A stretch of DNA of 39,893 nt from Patescibacteria group bacterium (GCA_038063515.1 JBBTUY010000003.1:1-39893); one strand, 5' to 3'. Positions 14,614 through 24,813 are shown, counted from the first letter of the stretch. A program made the numbers and translations. The notes: generated from the letters alone by a model not told the origin.

Positions 14614-15924
14614 CTATTTTATATCTTTTAAGTATTCTAGTAGTTTGCTTAGCTTTACAGTATCTTGAGATCTGTTTCTCATGTCTCGGACTATGACAGA
14701 ATTTTCTATAGCTTCTTTCACTCCAAAGATGAGTGTGTAAGGTATTGCGAGCTTTTCAGCTATAGCTAGCTGGCTACTGAGGCTGTCTTTTGATAGAGAT
14801 TGAGCTATAGGTATGTGGGCTTCCCTTAATATTTCTATTATATTTAAGCTTTTTAATTTTGCTTCAGATCCAAGCTGTATGAAATATATCTTTGGTTTTT
14901 TCAATATTCTTGGTGACAATTTTTTATACCAAGGGGAAGACACGACTCTGTCTACTCCTATAGAGAAGCCAACAGCAGGTATATCCCTCTTGCCCCCAAT
15001 TTGTTTTGCGAGGTAGTCGTATCTTCCACCTCCTGCAAGTGCGAGAGGTGCGCCTTCAACCCCCGCACCATTTTCTATTATTTCAAATACAGTACGTGTG
15101 TAATAAGAAAGTCCTCTTACAAGGTTCTTGTTTATACTATAAGGTATATTCATTTCTTCTAAATACTCGAGTACTTCTTTAAAATGCTTTTTACAAGAAG
15201 GGCAGAGGAAGGATACAGAGTCGGGAGCTTTTTCATTTAGCTCTTTTGTCTTTTCTTCTTTTGAATCTAGTATACGAAGGGGATTGATTTTTAATCTTTC
15301 TCGATCTACAGCAGGCAGACTACCTAGATTCTTTTTGTAATAATTTGTGAGTTCTTTCACATATCCATTTCTGCATTCTTTGTCACCAATAGAGTTTACA
15401 TCTATAGATAGATTTGATGCACCTGCTTCTTCTAAGATGATCATACACATCTTTATGATAGTCGCATCCATTATACTTTTTTCACTACCGAGTGAGTCGA
15501 CATCAAACTGCCAGAACTGTCTGTATCGTCCACGTTGTGGTTTGTCGTGTCTAAAGACTGGTCCGTAGTGGTAGAGCATTACAGGCTGTGGCATGCTTTG
15601 CATGCCGTGTTCTATGTATGCACGCATTGAAGGCGCTGTGTGTTCAGGGAGAAGAGCAAGGTGTTCATCGCTTTTTGTTTTAAGCCTGTACATTTCTTTG
15701 TCTATGATGTCTGTGCCTTCACCTATGCTTGTAGTAAATATCTCTTCATTTTCTATGAGGTGTGTAGAAATAGGTTTAAAGCCATAATACACGGCTATCT
15801 CTTGTGCTTTTTCAAAAAATCCTTGAAAAGCATAATACTCTTCATTCATTAAGTCTCGCATGCCTTTAGGAGATGACGCATCTTTAGGTTTACTCTTAAC
15901 AGCTTTTGTTGTTGTTTTTTTCAT
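14614..15924 (-). CDS. hisS: Histidine--tRNA ligase
   Basis: It has GMRDL, FRHDKPQRGRYRQFWQFDVD and GGGRYD class II HisRS motifs, plus a C-terminal anticodon-binding domain. Confidence 0.9.
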   Translation of the reverse strand: MKKTTTKAVKSKPKDASSPKGMRDLMNEEYYAFQGFFEKAQEIAVYYGFKPISTHLIENEEIFTTSIGEGTDIIDKEMYRLKTKSDEHLALLPEHTAPSMRAYIEHGMQSMPQPVMLYHYGPVFRHDKPQRGRYRQFWQFDVDSLGSEKSIMDATIIKMCMIILEEAGASNLSIDVNSIGDKECRNGYVKELTNYYKKNLGSLPAVDRERLKINPLRILDSKEEKTKELNEKAPDSVSFLCPSCKKHFKEVLEYLEEMNIPYSINKNLVRGLSYYTRTVFEIIENGAGVEGAPLALAGGGRYDYLAKQIGGKRDIPAVGFSIGVDRVVSSPWYKKLSPRILKKPKIYFIQLGSEAKLKSLNIIEILREAHIPIAQSLSKDSLSSQLAIAEKLAIPYTLIFGVKEAIENSVIVRDMRNRSQDTVKLSKLLEYLKDIK

Positions 15925-15948
15925 TTTTTAAAACTTAAAATTATTAAT

Positions 15949-16560
15949 TTATTTTATAGTTACTATTTTTTCTTCGACGTGTCCTGGCCAAATATCTACA
16001 TTTTTTATAGGCCAAAGTCTAAGGAGGGCTTTCCCTACAAAAAGATTTCTATGGACTGCACCCCAGTACCTCGAGTCTGAGCTTGCATTTCTATTGTCTC
16101 CCATGACGAAGTATTCTTTATCTTGTAATACAAAGTGTGTGTCTTTAGGTAGAGCATTTTTGATATAAGATTGATCGAGTTTGAAAGATGTTTTAGTGGT
16201 ATTGTTTGTTATAGTCACAGTGCTTCCCTCGATGTCGACTGTTTCGTTTGGTAATCCTATTACTCTTTTTACAAAGAATTTTGTGGTGTCTTCGGGGAAT
16301 TTAAATATTACGACGTCATTTCTTTGTGGGTCGCCTAGTTCATATGAAACTTTATCCACTATTAAATAATCTTTATCGATAAAGGTAGGGAACATGGATG
16401 ATCCAGAGACGATGAAAGGTTCTATGATAAATAGACGTATCGGTACAACTATAAGAAAAGCTATAATACCAAAACGTACTAATTCAAATATTGACTGTTT
16501 TAGATTTTTCTCCTCGGATACACTTTTTTCACCTTCAGTAACTAGATTTGTCTCTTGCAT
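15949..16560 (-). CDS. lepB: Signal peptidase I
   Basis: The conserved boxes SGSSMFPTF (Ser), VKRVIGLPNE (Lys) and GDNRNASSDSR are present, with an N-terminal TM helix. Confidence 0.9.
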   Translation of the reverse strand: MQETNLVTEGEKSVSEEKNLKQSIFELVRFGIIAFLIVVPIRLFIIEPFIVSGSSMFPTFIDKDYLIVDKVSYELGDPQRNDVVIFKFPEDTTKFFVKRVIGLPNETVDIEGSTVTITNNTTKTSFKLDQSYIKNALPKDTHFVLQDKEYFVMGDNRNASSDSRYWGAVHRNLFVGKALLRLWPIKNVDIWPGHVEEKIVTIK

Positions 16561-16583
16561 TGATATAATATAGCATACAAATG

Positions 16584-16604
16584 TTATTGACAGTATGTCA
16601 ATAA
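16584..16604. promoter_or_regulatory. Perfect 9-bp inverted repeat TTATTGACA-gta-TGTCAATAA between divergent lepB and pth (candidate operator)
   Basis: The repeat was read directly. Each arm contains a TTGACA hexamer. Confidence 0.35.
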
Positions 16605-16641
16605 GTGTTGTCTAATATATTTGCCTCAGTATTATAAATGA

Positions 16642-16650
16642 TGGTACAAT
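16642..16650 (+). promoter_or_regulatory. Extended -10 TGgTACAAT, 6 nt upstream of ATG 16657
   Basis: The motif was read directly. Confidence 0.6.
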
Positions 16651-16656
16651 CATTCC

Positions 16657-17184
16657 ATGAAATTAATAGTCGGTTTAGGAAACAAAGGAGAAGAATACGA
16701 AAACACAAGGCACAATACCGGACGGATAATTGTGAGTCTCATTGAAAAGAAATTAGATATTAAGTCTTTAAAATTTCTTTTACCTGACACATTTATGAAT
16801 CTTTCCGGCAAGGCAGTTCTACCTTTTGTAAAAAGTAAAAAAGATTTAAAAGATTTGATTGTTATTTATGATGATATAGATCTACCTCTTGGCAGTATGA
16901 AGATTTCTTTTAATCGTTCTTCTGGTGGGCACAATGGCTTAGGTTCTATCATCAAAGCTCTCAAAAGTGAAGAATTCTTACGTATTAGAGTTGGCGTCTC
17001 ACCATCTACTCTAGGAGGAAAAATTAAAAAACCAAAAGGTGAGCAAGCTGTTTTAAAATTTCTCCTCGGTGACTTTAAAAAGACAGAACTAGAAATACTA
17101 AAAAAACTATCTAAAAAGATATCTGAAGCTGTAGATATGATCTACACAGAAGGAAAAGATAAAGCTATGAGTTTGTATAATTAG
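16657..17184 (+). CDS. pth: Peptidyl-tRNA hydrolase
   Basis: LIVGLGNKGEEYENTRHNTG with the catalytic His, and a GGHNGL motif, are present. Confidence 0.9.
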   Translation: MKLIVGLGNKGEEYENTRHNTGRIIVSLIEKKLDIKSLKFLLPDTFMNLSGKAVLPFVKSKKDLKDLIVIYDDIDLPLGSMKISFNRSSGGHNGLGSIIKALKSEEFLRIRVGVSPSTLGGKIKKPKGEQAVLKFLLGDFKKTELEILKKLSKKISEAVDMIYTEGKDKAMSLYN

Positions 17185-17228
17185 TTTAGTTGCTATTCAA
17201 AGCTTCTTTGATAAGGTTATTATAACAT

Positions 17229-20200
17229 CTATATTTCTTTTATAGCTTCTATAATGATACTTTTTTCTCCATTTTTATCAGAGACTTTACCTGAGAAAGC
17301 GATGCATTTTTCTGGTACGAGGACCTCGATTAAATCTTTGAATATAGAAGGGAAGGCTACTGCTTCTATGGAGTCCGTGAGATCTGCAATTTTAAGAAAT
17401 GCCATCCTTTCATTTTTCTTTGTCACGACTTGTCGTACACTCTCTATAATACCAGCGAGTGTCACCTGCATACCATTTGTTGCATTATAATCCATACCTT
17501 CTTTTACTTTTTTGATATTTATATTTCTACTTTGTAATTTTTCACGGAGGCGGTCGAGTGGGTGACCAGAGATGTAGAGACCAAGAAGTTCTTTTTCCCA
17601 GAGTAATTTCTCTGCTTGGGTGGCTTGTGGAGCAGGCTCCATTTTAAATGTTGAGACCTCAGTTTTCATGTTTCCAAAGAGCGATATTTGGTTTTCATTT
17701 TGTTTGATATTTTCTTTGTGGTACGCGAGCATGTTCTCTAAGTTGCTGAGGAATACTCCACGGTCACCCCATTCGTCCATACATCCAGATTTTATGAGTG
17801 CCTCCATAGATTTTTTATTTATATTTTTATGTTTTACTCTGTTTAGGAAGTCACTTATTGAGTTAAATTTACCATTTTGTTTTCTTTCTTCTATTATCGC
17901 ATTAGAAATATCAGTACCAAGATTTTTTATCGTATAAAATCCAAATCTAATATTCGCACTTTTGTTCTCGAGATTGATTGTGGTGTCTGCTTCTTTTGGT
18001 AAACATGTAAATCCTCCGTAACTCTCGTTTATGTTTGGAGGCAAGACCTCTATGTGCATGATTTTACACTCTTCGATAATCTCAGAAATTTTTTCAACGT
18101 CTCCGGACTCTGCAGTAAGTATGGCTGCCATGTATTCGACAGGGAAATTAGCTTTCATGTATGCAGTTTGGTAGGCGACTTTTCCGTATGATGCAGCGTG
18201 AGCTTTGTTGAATCCATATGCTTGGAAGGGTTCAAATAATTTCCAAAGTTTTTCTGCAAATGCTGGTGTCTGACCGTTGGCGATGATACCTTTCGTAAGT
18301 TTCTCTCTCTGTGCAGCCATTTCTTTTGGTATCTTTTTACCGACAGCTTTACGAAATTTGTCTGCTTCTTCCCAGTTGTATCCTGCAAGCTCTATCGCCG
18401 AGAAGAGCAGGTCATCCTGATAGACAATGAGACCATATGATTCTCCAAGGAACTTTTTCATTCTTGGGTCTAAGTATCGTACCAGACTTGGGTTGTGCTT
18501 TCTTTTTATGTATTCAGGAATTGATTCCATCGGTCCAGGACGGTACAGTGCCACCATGGCATTTATGTCGTGTATTGAAGTTGGTTTTAGTTCTTTTAGG
18601 TACCTTGTCATACCACTTCCGTTTAATTGAAAGAGTCCCTCTGTTTGACCGTTTGCCAAAAGTTCAAAAGTTTTTTTATCATCAAGTGGTATGCGTTCGA
18701 TGTCTATATTTATGTTGTAGAATTGCTTTACTAAGCTCACTGCATCAGAAAGTATTGCTAGGTTTCGGATACCCAAGAAGTCGAATTTTAAAAGTCCAGC
18801 TTCTTCGATGCTGTACATGTCATATTGAGTGATTTTCTTTCCGCCTTTTGGATCAAACTGAATAGGAGAGAAATCATAAAGTGGCGTGGGGGATATCACA
18901 ACACCCGCAGCATGTACAGAGATATGTCTCACACATCCTTCGAGTTTTTTTGCGAGGTCTATTATTTCTTTCGTATCTTTTTCTTTTGTATATGCTTCTT
19001 TTAACTCGGGAACTATTTTCATCGCATGGTCTATGGTCATCGGCATACCTTGTGAACCCATAGGGATCATCTTTGAAATTCTGTCTCCGATAGTATATGG
19101 ATAGGCAAGTGCTCGAGCCACATCACGCACGGCACCACGAGCCATCATGGTACCAAAGGTTCCTATCTGTGCGACATTTTCTTCACCGTATTTTCTTTTT
19201 GCATATTCGAGCATCTCATCTCGTCTGTTGTCGGCGTAGTCCATGTCGATATCGGGCGCAGAAGGACGGAATGGATTTAAGAATCTTTCAAAGGGGAGTT
19301 TGTATTCTATGGGGTTTACATTTGTAATACCGATGAGATATGTGACAAGTGATCCGGCCACGGACCCTCTAATAGTTGTTAAAATCCCGACTTCTTTTGC
19401 ATAATGTAGTAAGTCTCCAACGACAAGGAAATACGGAGCATAGCCTTTGTCTTTAATGACTTTTAGCTCATACTCGACTCTTTCTTTTATTTCATCAGTC
19501 TCTTCGAGTCTTAATCTTTTGATTCCTTCTTTTGCTAATTCTCGTAATTTCTCATCAGGAGTCTTGCCCTCCTCTACTTCTAATTTTGGGAAAACCCAAG
19601 AGCCTAAAGTAAGCTCTACATCACACATATCAGCTACTTTCATTGTGTTTGTAAAAGCTTCTGGTATGTCTTTGAAAAATTCAAATGCTGTCTTTTCATC
19701 TACAAAGTAACAATTACCATCACCAAAGGTAAATCTATTTTCGTCTTTTATGTCTGAGTTTGTTTGTATAGCGAGTAGCGTCTCGTGTGCTTTTGCATCA
19801 TCTTTGTTTGGATAATGAGAATCTATAGTTCCGACGAGAGGGATGTTAAACTTTTTACTTAATGCTATTAATCCTTTTTTCACTTCGGGTCCTCCTGGGA
19901 TTTTCCCATAGTTTTGAATTTCTAAGAAATAATTTTCTTTACCAAATATGTCTTGGTATTCTACTACAAGCTCTTCTGCTTTTTCCATATCACCAGAAGC
20001 TAGGCTTTGGGAAAGCTCTCCTCCAAGGCATCCAGATAAAGCTATTATGCCACTAGAGTATTCTCGGAGGATTTCTTTGTCCATACGAGGCTTGTAATAG
20101 TATCCTTCTATCGAAGCTATGGTGACTAATTTTATTAAATTCTTGTAACCCTCAATGTTTTTTGCAAGTAGAGTCAAGTGGTAATATCTCTTACCTCCTC

Positions 20201-20459
20201 CTGCCTCAGCTGTCCTGTCACTCCTGTGTCCTGCAGTCATGTAAGCTTCGACTCCGATGATGGGTTTGATTCCTTCTTTTTTAGCTAATTTATAGAATTC
20301 TATAGCACCATACATGTTGCCGTGGTCGGTGATGGCGAGAGCTGACATTTTGTACTTTTTAGCGAGAGCCACTAAGTCTTCAGGCTTTGACATCCCATCG
20401 AGTAGAGAGTAGTGGCTGTGGGTGTGCAGGTGTACAAATTGTGCTTTTTTTTCTTCCAT
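17229..20459 (-). CDS. dnaE: DNA polymerase III alpha subunit
   Basis: The N-terminal PHP domain (FVHLHTHSHYSLLDG, ITDHGNMYG), the palm/fingers region (DIDMDY, GRPGPM-like LYRPGPM, FNKAHAASY) and an OB-fold C terminus are present. The start was set at ATG 20459 (MEEKK), 7 nt after a TGTATAAT box. Confidence 0.95.
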   Translation of the reverse strand: MEEKKAQFVHLHTHSHYSLLDGMSKPEDLVALAKKYKMSALAITDHGNMYGAIEFYKLAKKEGIKPIIGVEAYMTAGHRSDRTAEAGGGKRYYHLTLLAKNIEGYKNLIKLVTIASIEGYYYKPRMDKEILREYSSGIIALSGCLGGELSQSLASGDMEKAEELVVEYQDIFGKENYFLEIQNYGKIPGGPEVKKGLIALSKKFNIPLVGTIDSHYPNKDDAKAHETLLAIQTNSDIKDENRFTFGDGNCYFVDEKTAFEFFKDIPEAFTNTMKVADMCDVELTLGSWVFPKLEVEEGKTPDEKLRELAKEGIKRLRLEETDEIKERVEYELKVIKDKGYAPYFLVVGDLLHYAKEVGILTTIRGSVAGSLVTYLIGITNVNPIEYKLPFERFLNPFRPSAPDIDMDYADNRRDEMLEYAKRKYGEENVAQIGTFGTMMARGAVRDVARALAYPYTIGDRISKMIPMGSQGMPMTIDHAMKIVPELKEAYTKEKDTKEIIDLAKKLEGCVRHISVHAAGVVISPTPLYDFSPIQFDPKGGKKITQYDMYSIEEAGLLKFDFLGIRNLAILSDAVSLVKQFYNINIDIERIPLDDKKTFELLANGQTEGLFQLNGSGMTRYLKELKPTSIHDINAMVALYRPGPMESIPEYIKRKHNPSLVRYLDPRMKKFLGESYGLIVYQDDLLFSAIELAGYNWEEADKFRKAVGKKIPKEMAAQREKLTKGIIANGQTPAFAEKLWKLFEPFQAYGFNKAHAASYGKVAYQTAYMKANFPVEYMAAILTAESGDVEKISEIIEECKIMHIEVLPPNINESYGGFTCLPKEADTTINLENKSANIRFGFYTIKNLGTDISNAIIEERKQNGKFNSISDFLNRVKHKNINKKSMEALIKSGCMDEWGDRGVFLSNLENMLAYHKENIKQNENQISLFGNMKTEVSTFKMEPAPQATQAEKLLWEKELLGLYISGHPLDRLREKLQSRNINIKKVKEGMDYNATNGMQVTLAGIIESVRQVVTKKNERMAFLKIADLTDSIEAVAFPSIFKDLIEVLVPEKCIAFSGKVSDKNGEKSIIIEAIKEI

Positions 20460-20466
20460 CCTCAAG

Positions 20467-20474
20467 ATTATACA
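20467..20474 (-). promoter_or_regulatory. -10 box (TGTATAAT on the minus strand), 7 nt upstream of dnaE ATG 20459
   Basis: The reverse complement of 20460-20474 reads tgtataat-cttgagg followed by ATG. Confidence 0.55.
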
Positions 20475-20506
20475 CTTTTTCTTTGTTTTTGATATACTTA
20501 AATTAT

Positions 20507-21532
20507 ATGAAAAAAATACGAGTAGGGATCAATGGTTTTGGAAGGATAGGACGTGCATTTTTAAAAGTTGCATGGGACAAGCCTGAGATTGAGGTTGTCG
20601 CAGTAAATGATTTAGGTGATGTGCATAACATGGCATACCTTCTCAAATACGATACAGTATACAGAGAATGGAAACACGATATTAAAGTTGAAGGACAAGA
20701 AATAATAATTGACGGTAAAGCTGTAAAAGTTTTAGCAGAGAAAGAGCCGAGTAAGCTTCCATGGAAAGATCTAGGTGTGGATGTCGTCGTAGAGTCTACG
20801 GGACTTTTTGTAACTTTTGATAAAGCAAAGATGCACCTCGATGCTGGCGCAAAAAAAGTAGTCATATCTGCTCCCGCAAAAGAAGGAGACGATAGTGTAC
20901 ACGGAGAGACCATTCTTCTAGGAGTAAACGAGGAAAAATTTGGCACATGTGACATTACTTCTAATGCATCTTGTACAACTAATGCCACCTCACCCCTTAT
21001 TGCTATTTTAGATGAACATTTTGGTATAGAGAAAGCTATTTTAAATACAGTGCATGGATACACTGCAAGTCAGAGTATCGTAGATGGTCCAAATAAAAAA
21101 GATTTTCGCGAGGGTAGAGCGGCTGCGCAAAACATCGTGCCATCTTCTACTGGAGCGGCGATAGCAGTAACCAAAGCCTTCACCAAGCTCTCAGGACTTT
21201 TTGATGGTATATCTATGCGTGTGCCTGTACCTGCTGGATCTATTGTAGACATCACTTTCATATCCAAAAAAGAAACTACCAAAGAAGAAGTGAATGACAT
21301 TCTTAAAAAAGCGGCAGGTGATGAGAGGTGGAAAGGTATTTTTACAGCTACAGAAGAAGAGCTTGTTTCAAGCGATATACTTGACAATCCTCATGCATCG
21401 ATCGCTGACCTCAAAATGACGAGAGTTGTGGGAGGGAATTTAGTAAAAGTTATGGGTTGGTATGATAATGAGATGGGGTATACAAACACCCTAGTGAGTC
21501 ATGTCATTAAAACAGGGAATAGTATTAAATAA
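20507..21532 (+). CDS. gap: Glyceraldehyde-3-phosphate dehydrogenase
   Basis: INGFGRIGR (NAD binding) and the SNASCTTN active site are present. The start was set at MKKIRVG (20507), because the track start at 20387 would overlap dnaE. Confidence 0.95.
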   Translation: MKKIRVGINGFGRIGRAFLKVAWDKPEIEVVAVNDLGDVHNMAYLLKYDTVYREWKHDIKVEGQEIIIDGKAVKVLAEKEPSKLPWKDLGVDVVVESTGLFVTFDKAKMHLDAGAKKVVISAPAKEGDDSVHGETILLGVNEEKFGTCDITSNASCTTNATSPLIAILDEHFGIEKAILNTVHGYTASQSIVDGPNKKDFREGRAAAQNIVPSSTGAAIAVTKAFTKLSGLFDGISMRVPVPAGSIVDITFISKKETTKEEVNDILKKAAGDERWKGIFTATEEELVSSDILDNPHASIADLKMTRVVGGNLVKVMGWYDNEMGYTNTLVSHVIKTGNSIK

Positions 21533-21557
21533 ATTTCTAGAAATAAAGCTTAATTTA

Positions 21558-21566
21558 TGGTATAAT
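21558..21566 (+). promoter_or_regulatory. Extended -10 TGgTATAAT, 6 nt upstream of ATG 21573
   Basis: The motif was read directly. It supports the 21573 start for the Fic gene. Confidence 0.6.
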
Positions 21567-21572
21567 ATAAGT

Positions 21573-22121
21573 ATGCAAAGTATCGATGAAATAAGCAAAG
21601 AACGAGCTAAGAAACTTTTTAGTACTTCAGAGATTGAAAGTTTTGAGGTAGGTACAGCTAAAGGTTTAGAGCGAATTCATAAATATTTATTTGAGGGATT
21701 GTATGATTTTGCTGGTCAGATTCGTACGAAAGATATAAGCAAGGGTGGTTTCCGTTTTGCTTCTCATATATATTTACCAGAGAGTTTAGATAAAGTTGGA
21801 GGAATGCCAGAAAGTACTTTTGAACAGATCACTGCCAAATATGTGGAAATGAATATCGCACACCCCTTCATGGAAGGGAATGGTAGAAGTATGAGGATTT
21901 GGCTTGATTTAATTTTAAAAAAAAATCTTAAGCAATGTGTGGATTGGACTATGATCGATAAGATGAATTATTTGAACGCCATGGAGCGTAGCCCCGTGAA
22001 TGATTTGGAGATCCGTGAGCTATTACGTGGTGCTCTAACTGAAAAAATTGATGATAGGGAAATTTTTATGAAAGGTATAGAGCAGTCGTATTATTATGAA
22101 GAAGAAGATTTTTATAAATAG
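21573..22121 (+). CDS. fic: Fic-domain protein (AMP transferase type) with a C-terminal autoinhibitory-helix-like motif (class III-like)
   Basis: The Fic core motif [12 protein letters not shown] is present. The C terminus [11 protein letters not shown] resembles the (S/T)xxxE(G/N) inhibitory motif of single-domain class III Fic proteins. Confidence 0.8.
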   Translation: MQSIDEISKERAKKLFSTSEIESFEVGTAKGLERIHKYLFEGLYDFAGQIRTKDISKGGFRFASHIYLPESLDKVGGMPESTFEQITAKYVEMNIAHPFMEGNGRSMRIWLDLILKKNLKQCVDWTMIDKMNYLNAMERSPVNDLEIRELLRGALTEKIDDREIFMKGIEQSYYYEEEDFYK

Positions 22122-22168
22122 TAGAAAGAGGAAATTTATTAATTTTAGCTAAAAAATACTTTAAATTT

Positions 22169-22624
22169 ATGGAAATAGTTAAAAAAAGTAATTGGGGTTT
22201 CTTTGCTAGGTTTCTTGCTTACTTATTTGTAAGTGGATTTTTATTTCTATTCACTAGTGGTGGTTGGAGTGCATTATTTATAGTTTTTTATGTTTGGGGA
22301 TCTTTAGCTATTTTGGCTGTTGTGATGTTTATAATTAGCCTTATTAGAAGTATTAGAAATGTTAAGTCGGTTATTTTTAATTTAACTTGGTTGATACCAG
22401 TTTTTGCGTTTCAATTTTTAGGTTTAATTTTAAATAGAAAAGATTGCGGAGATTCAGATGGAGCTTTTAGTTTTTTAACTTATATGTTGAATGGATTTAG
22501 TAGTACTGGTCTTTGTGTGAGATCGAATGACTATAGTTTATATTTCTGGTTCCCTGTAATGATTTTATACTTAATTTCTGTAGTAATTATATTTTTCTTC
22601 AAAACAAAACCCGCAACTGATTAA
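22169..22624 (+). CDS. Hypothetical integral membrane protein (4-5 TM)
   Basis: The ORF is long and hydrophobic with typical AT-rich codon use. I recognise no family. Confidence 0.5.
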   Translation: MEIVKKSNWGFFARFLAYLFVSGFLFLFTSGGWSALFIVFYVWGSLAILAVVMFIISLIRSIRNVKSVIFNLTWLIPVFAFQFLGLILNRKDCGDSDGAFSFLTYMLNGFSSTGLCVRSNDYSLYFWFPVMILYLISVVIIFFFKTKPATD

Positions 22625-22656
22625 GAATTTATCAATATTATTAATAACAAAAATTT

Positions 22657-22914
22657 ATGAAAATCAATCTACAAAGAGTAATCTTGTTCACAATTATGTT
22701 TATGTTTTCTTTGTATTTTTTAATTAGTTCTGAAAGAACCGATGTTCCAATTTTAGATTTTTTTATCCGTTATATTTTACTTCTCCCTAGTAAATCTTTT
22801 TTTATCGCCGCAATTTTTCCATTATTAGTAGTTGTTCAGGCTGTTTGGCTATTTTTTTTAGCGTTTGTTTTAGATAAAATACTAAGGTACATATTTAGAA
22901 AAATTATTAATTAA
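22657..22914 (+). CDS. Hypothetical small membrane protein (2-3 TM)
   Basis: It is a hydrophobic 85-aa ORF. I recognise no family. Confidence 0.45.
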   Translation: MKINLQRVILFTIMFMFSLYFLISSERTDVPILDFFIRYILLLPSKSFFIAAIFPLLVVVQAVWLFFLAFVLDKILRYIFRKIIN

Positions 22915-22923
22915 GATAATAAC

Positions 22924-23394
22924 ATGAAAATATTTCTTGGGACGGATCATGCAGGTTTTGTTTTAAAGGAAAAGATATTAGTATCTTTAAAAGGTGATGG
23001 TCATGAGGTCATAGACAAAGGTGCATTTGAGTACAAGGAAGATGATGATTATCCTGATTTTGTGATTCCTGTTGCGCAAGAAATTTCTAAAGATCCTGCT
23101 GCTCGAGGAATTATTTTAGGTGCTACAGGTGAAGGTGAGGCACTTACTGCAAACAAATTTCCACATGTGAGGGCTGTAGTGTACTATGGAAAGTCTCACA
23201 GCGTGGTAGATGATGAAGCAGATGTACTTATTCGTTCTCGTGAACACAATGATTCAAATGTTTTATCCCTTGGAGCTAGATATTTTACTGAGGATACAGT
23301 AATGGAGTATGTGAACACTTGGCTTAATACTGAGTTTAGTGAAGGTGAGAGACATATCCGTAGACTTGCAAAGATCGATCAAATTAAGTTTTAA
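22924..23394 (+). CDS. rpiB: Ribose-5-phosphate isomerase B
   Basis: MKIFLGTDHAGFVLKEKI and the overall length fit the RpiB/LacAB family. Confidence 0.85.
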   Translation: MKIFLGTDHAGFVLKEKILVSLKGDGHEVIDKGAFEYKEDDDYPDFVIPVAQEISKDPAARGIILGATGEGEALTANKFPHVRAVVYYGKSHSVVDDEADVLIRSREHNDSNVLSLGARYFTEDTVMEYVNTWLNTEFSEGERHIRRLAKIDQIKF

Positions 23395-23411
23395 TCTCTT
23401 AATAAAATAAA

Positions 23412-24104
23412 ATGGCTGAAATAATACCCGCGATACTACCTAAAAATTACGAAGACCTAAAGAATAAAATTACACAAATTCATGGACTTGCAAGTTTAGT
23501 TCAGATAGATATTTGCGATGGAATTTTTGTAAAAAGTACTACATGGCCTTTTCCTAAGGATGAGCACTTTCAAAGGATTTTAAATGAACAACAAGGAATG
23601 CCTTTTTGGGAGGACACTGATTTTGAACTTGATCTAATGGTTTGTGATGCAATAGAGAATTTTAATGCTTATTTAAAATTAGGGCCGAAGAGAGTTGTTT
23701 TTCATTTTGGGGCAAGAGATGTACAGAATGATATAGAAGAATTTAAACATTTTCTCGAAGGCATAGATATGTACATTAGAGATTCTATCCGTATAGGTGT
23801 TGCTATTAGTACTAGCACCCCTGTACAGGAGATTTTTCCCTTAGTTAATTATGTTGATTTTGTACAAGTTATGGGGATAAAGAAAATAGGTTATCAGGGT
23901 GAGGAATTTGATTTTAAGTGTTTGGAATACATAAGAAATTTAAAAGAAAAATATTCTGATATTGTAATTTCCGTTGATGGGGGAGTGAACTTGGATACAG
24001 CACCAGCGCTGATTAGCGCCGGTGCTGACTACCTGGTCATAGGCTCCGCTATTTTTAATAGCGGTGATATTGTAGGTACAATAAGGGAGTTTGAGAGTTT
24101 GTAA
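23412..24104 (+). CDS. rpe: Ribulose-phosphate 3-epimerase-like TIM-barrel protein (divergent)
   Basis: IIPAILP...VQIDICDGIFV and the C-terminal VDGGVN...GADYLVIGSAIF match the Rpe pattern. The pentose-phosphate neighbourhood is consistent. Confidence 0.65.
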   Translation: MAEIIPAILPKNYEDLKNKITQIHGLASLVQIDICDGIFVKSTTWPFPKDEHFQRILNEQQGMPFWEDTDFELDLMVCDAIENFNAYLKLGPKRVVFHFGARDVQNDIEEFKHFLEGIDMYIRDSIRIGVAISTSTPVQEIFPLVNYVDFVQVMGIKKIGYQGEEFDFKCLEYIRNLKEKYSDIVISVDGGVNLDTAPALISAGADYLVIGSAIFNSGDIVGTIREFESL

Positions 24105-24110
24105 AAATTT

Positions 24111-24141
24111 AATAACTGTTAGGTCTTGCCTAACAGTTATT
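24111..24141. repeat. REP-like hairpin, left copy (aataaCTGTTAGGtcttgCCTAACAGttatt)
   Basis: The hairpin stem is 13 bp (8 bp within the capitalised core). Its 21-nt core is the exact reverse complement of the core at 24817-24837. Confidence 0.8.
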
Positions 24142-24792
24142 GTTATAAGCAAGCCAATCAAATATTTCTTTTCGAAAAACTTTTTTTGAATTAAAATAAT
24201 TTGGAAAATCTGAAAATTTTAGAATCAACTTTTCTTTTCTGTCTTCCTTCAAATAATCCAAGAAACTAGAGTAGGGATATGTTTTTAGATATTCTAAAGT
24301 TTTTTTAATATTTTTTAAACCATTTTCTCTCCACTTGCTATCGATTAATTTTACAGGATTTAGGTGAATGTAAGAAAATATATATTTTAGTTGATTGTCA
24401 GTGTTTAGATGAACTGATTTAAATTTACCTTCGAAAAGCCCACCAGTTCTTTTGTAAGTTTCATTAAAATACATAGAGTAAGCTGTAGATAGTTTTTGCA
24501 TGAATTTACTTAACCCATCGTCTGTTAAGGGGGTTATTAGTATGTGAAAATGGTTAGGCATTAGACAGTATGCTCCAATAGATACTAGTTGATCTTCTGT
24601 TTTGTGTGCAAATACACCACCAGTTTCTTGTAGGTTAAAGAAATTAAATCTTTCGTTTGTGTTTACCCCATACAAAAGAGCAAGAAAACGCTCGTAATCT
24701 TTTTTCGAGAGAAATATTTTTTGTTTACTATTTCCTCTATTATAAATGTGATAGTATTCACCTTTTACAAATGCGATTTTTCTTATAGACAT
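24130..24792 (-). CDS. IS200/IS605-family Y1 (HUH) transposase, REP-associated tyrosine transposase (RAYT)-like
   Basis: The HUH motif is in CLMPNHFHILI and the catalytic Tyr region in YIHLNPV. At 220 aa it is longer than classical IS200 TnpA, as RAYTs are. Confidence 0.8.
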   Translation of the reverse strand: MSIRKIAFVKGEYYHIYNRGNSKQKIFLSKKDYERFLALLYGVNTNERFNFFNLQETGGVFAHKTEDQLVSIGAYCLMPNHFHILITPLTDDGLSKFMQKLSTAYSMYFNETYKRTGGLFEGKFKSVHLNTDNQLKYIFSYIHLNPVKLIDSKWRENGLKNIKKTLEYLKTYPYSSFLDYLKEDRKEKLILKFSDFPNYFNSKKVFRKEIFDWLAYNNNC

Positions 24793-24813
24793 AGAGATAT
24801 TATATTATAAAAT

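Noticed and set aside
17254-20056. About ten plus-strand ORFs of 60-131 aa inside dnaE, and similar antisense ORFs inside gap, hisS, def, fmt, ndh, tkt and the surface genes
   Set aside because: All are antisense or out-of-frame shadows of long, motif-supported genes. None has family resemblance or promoter geometry.
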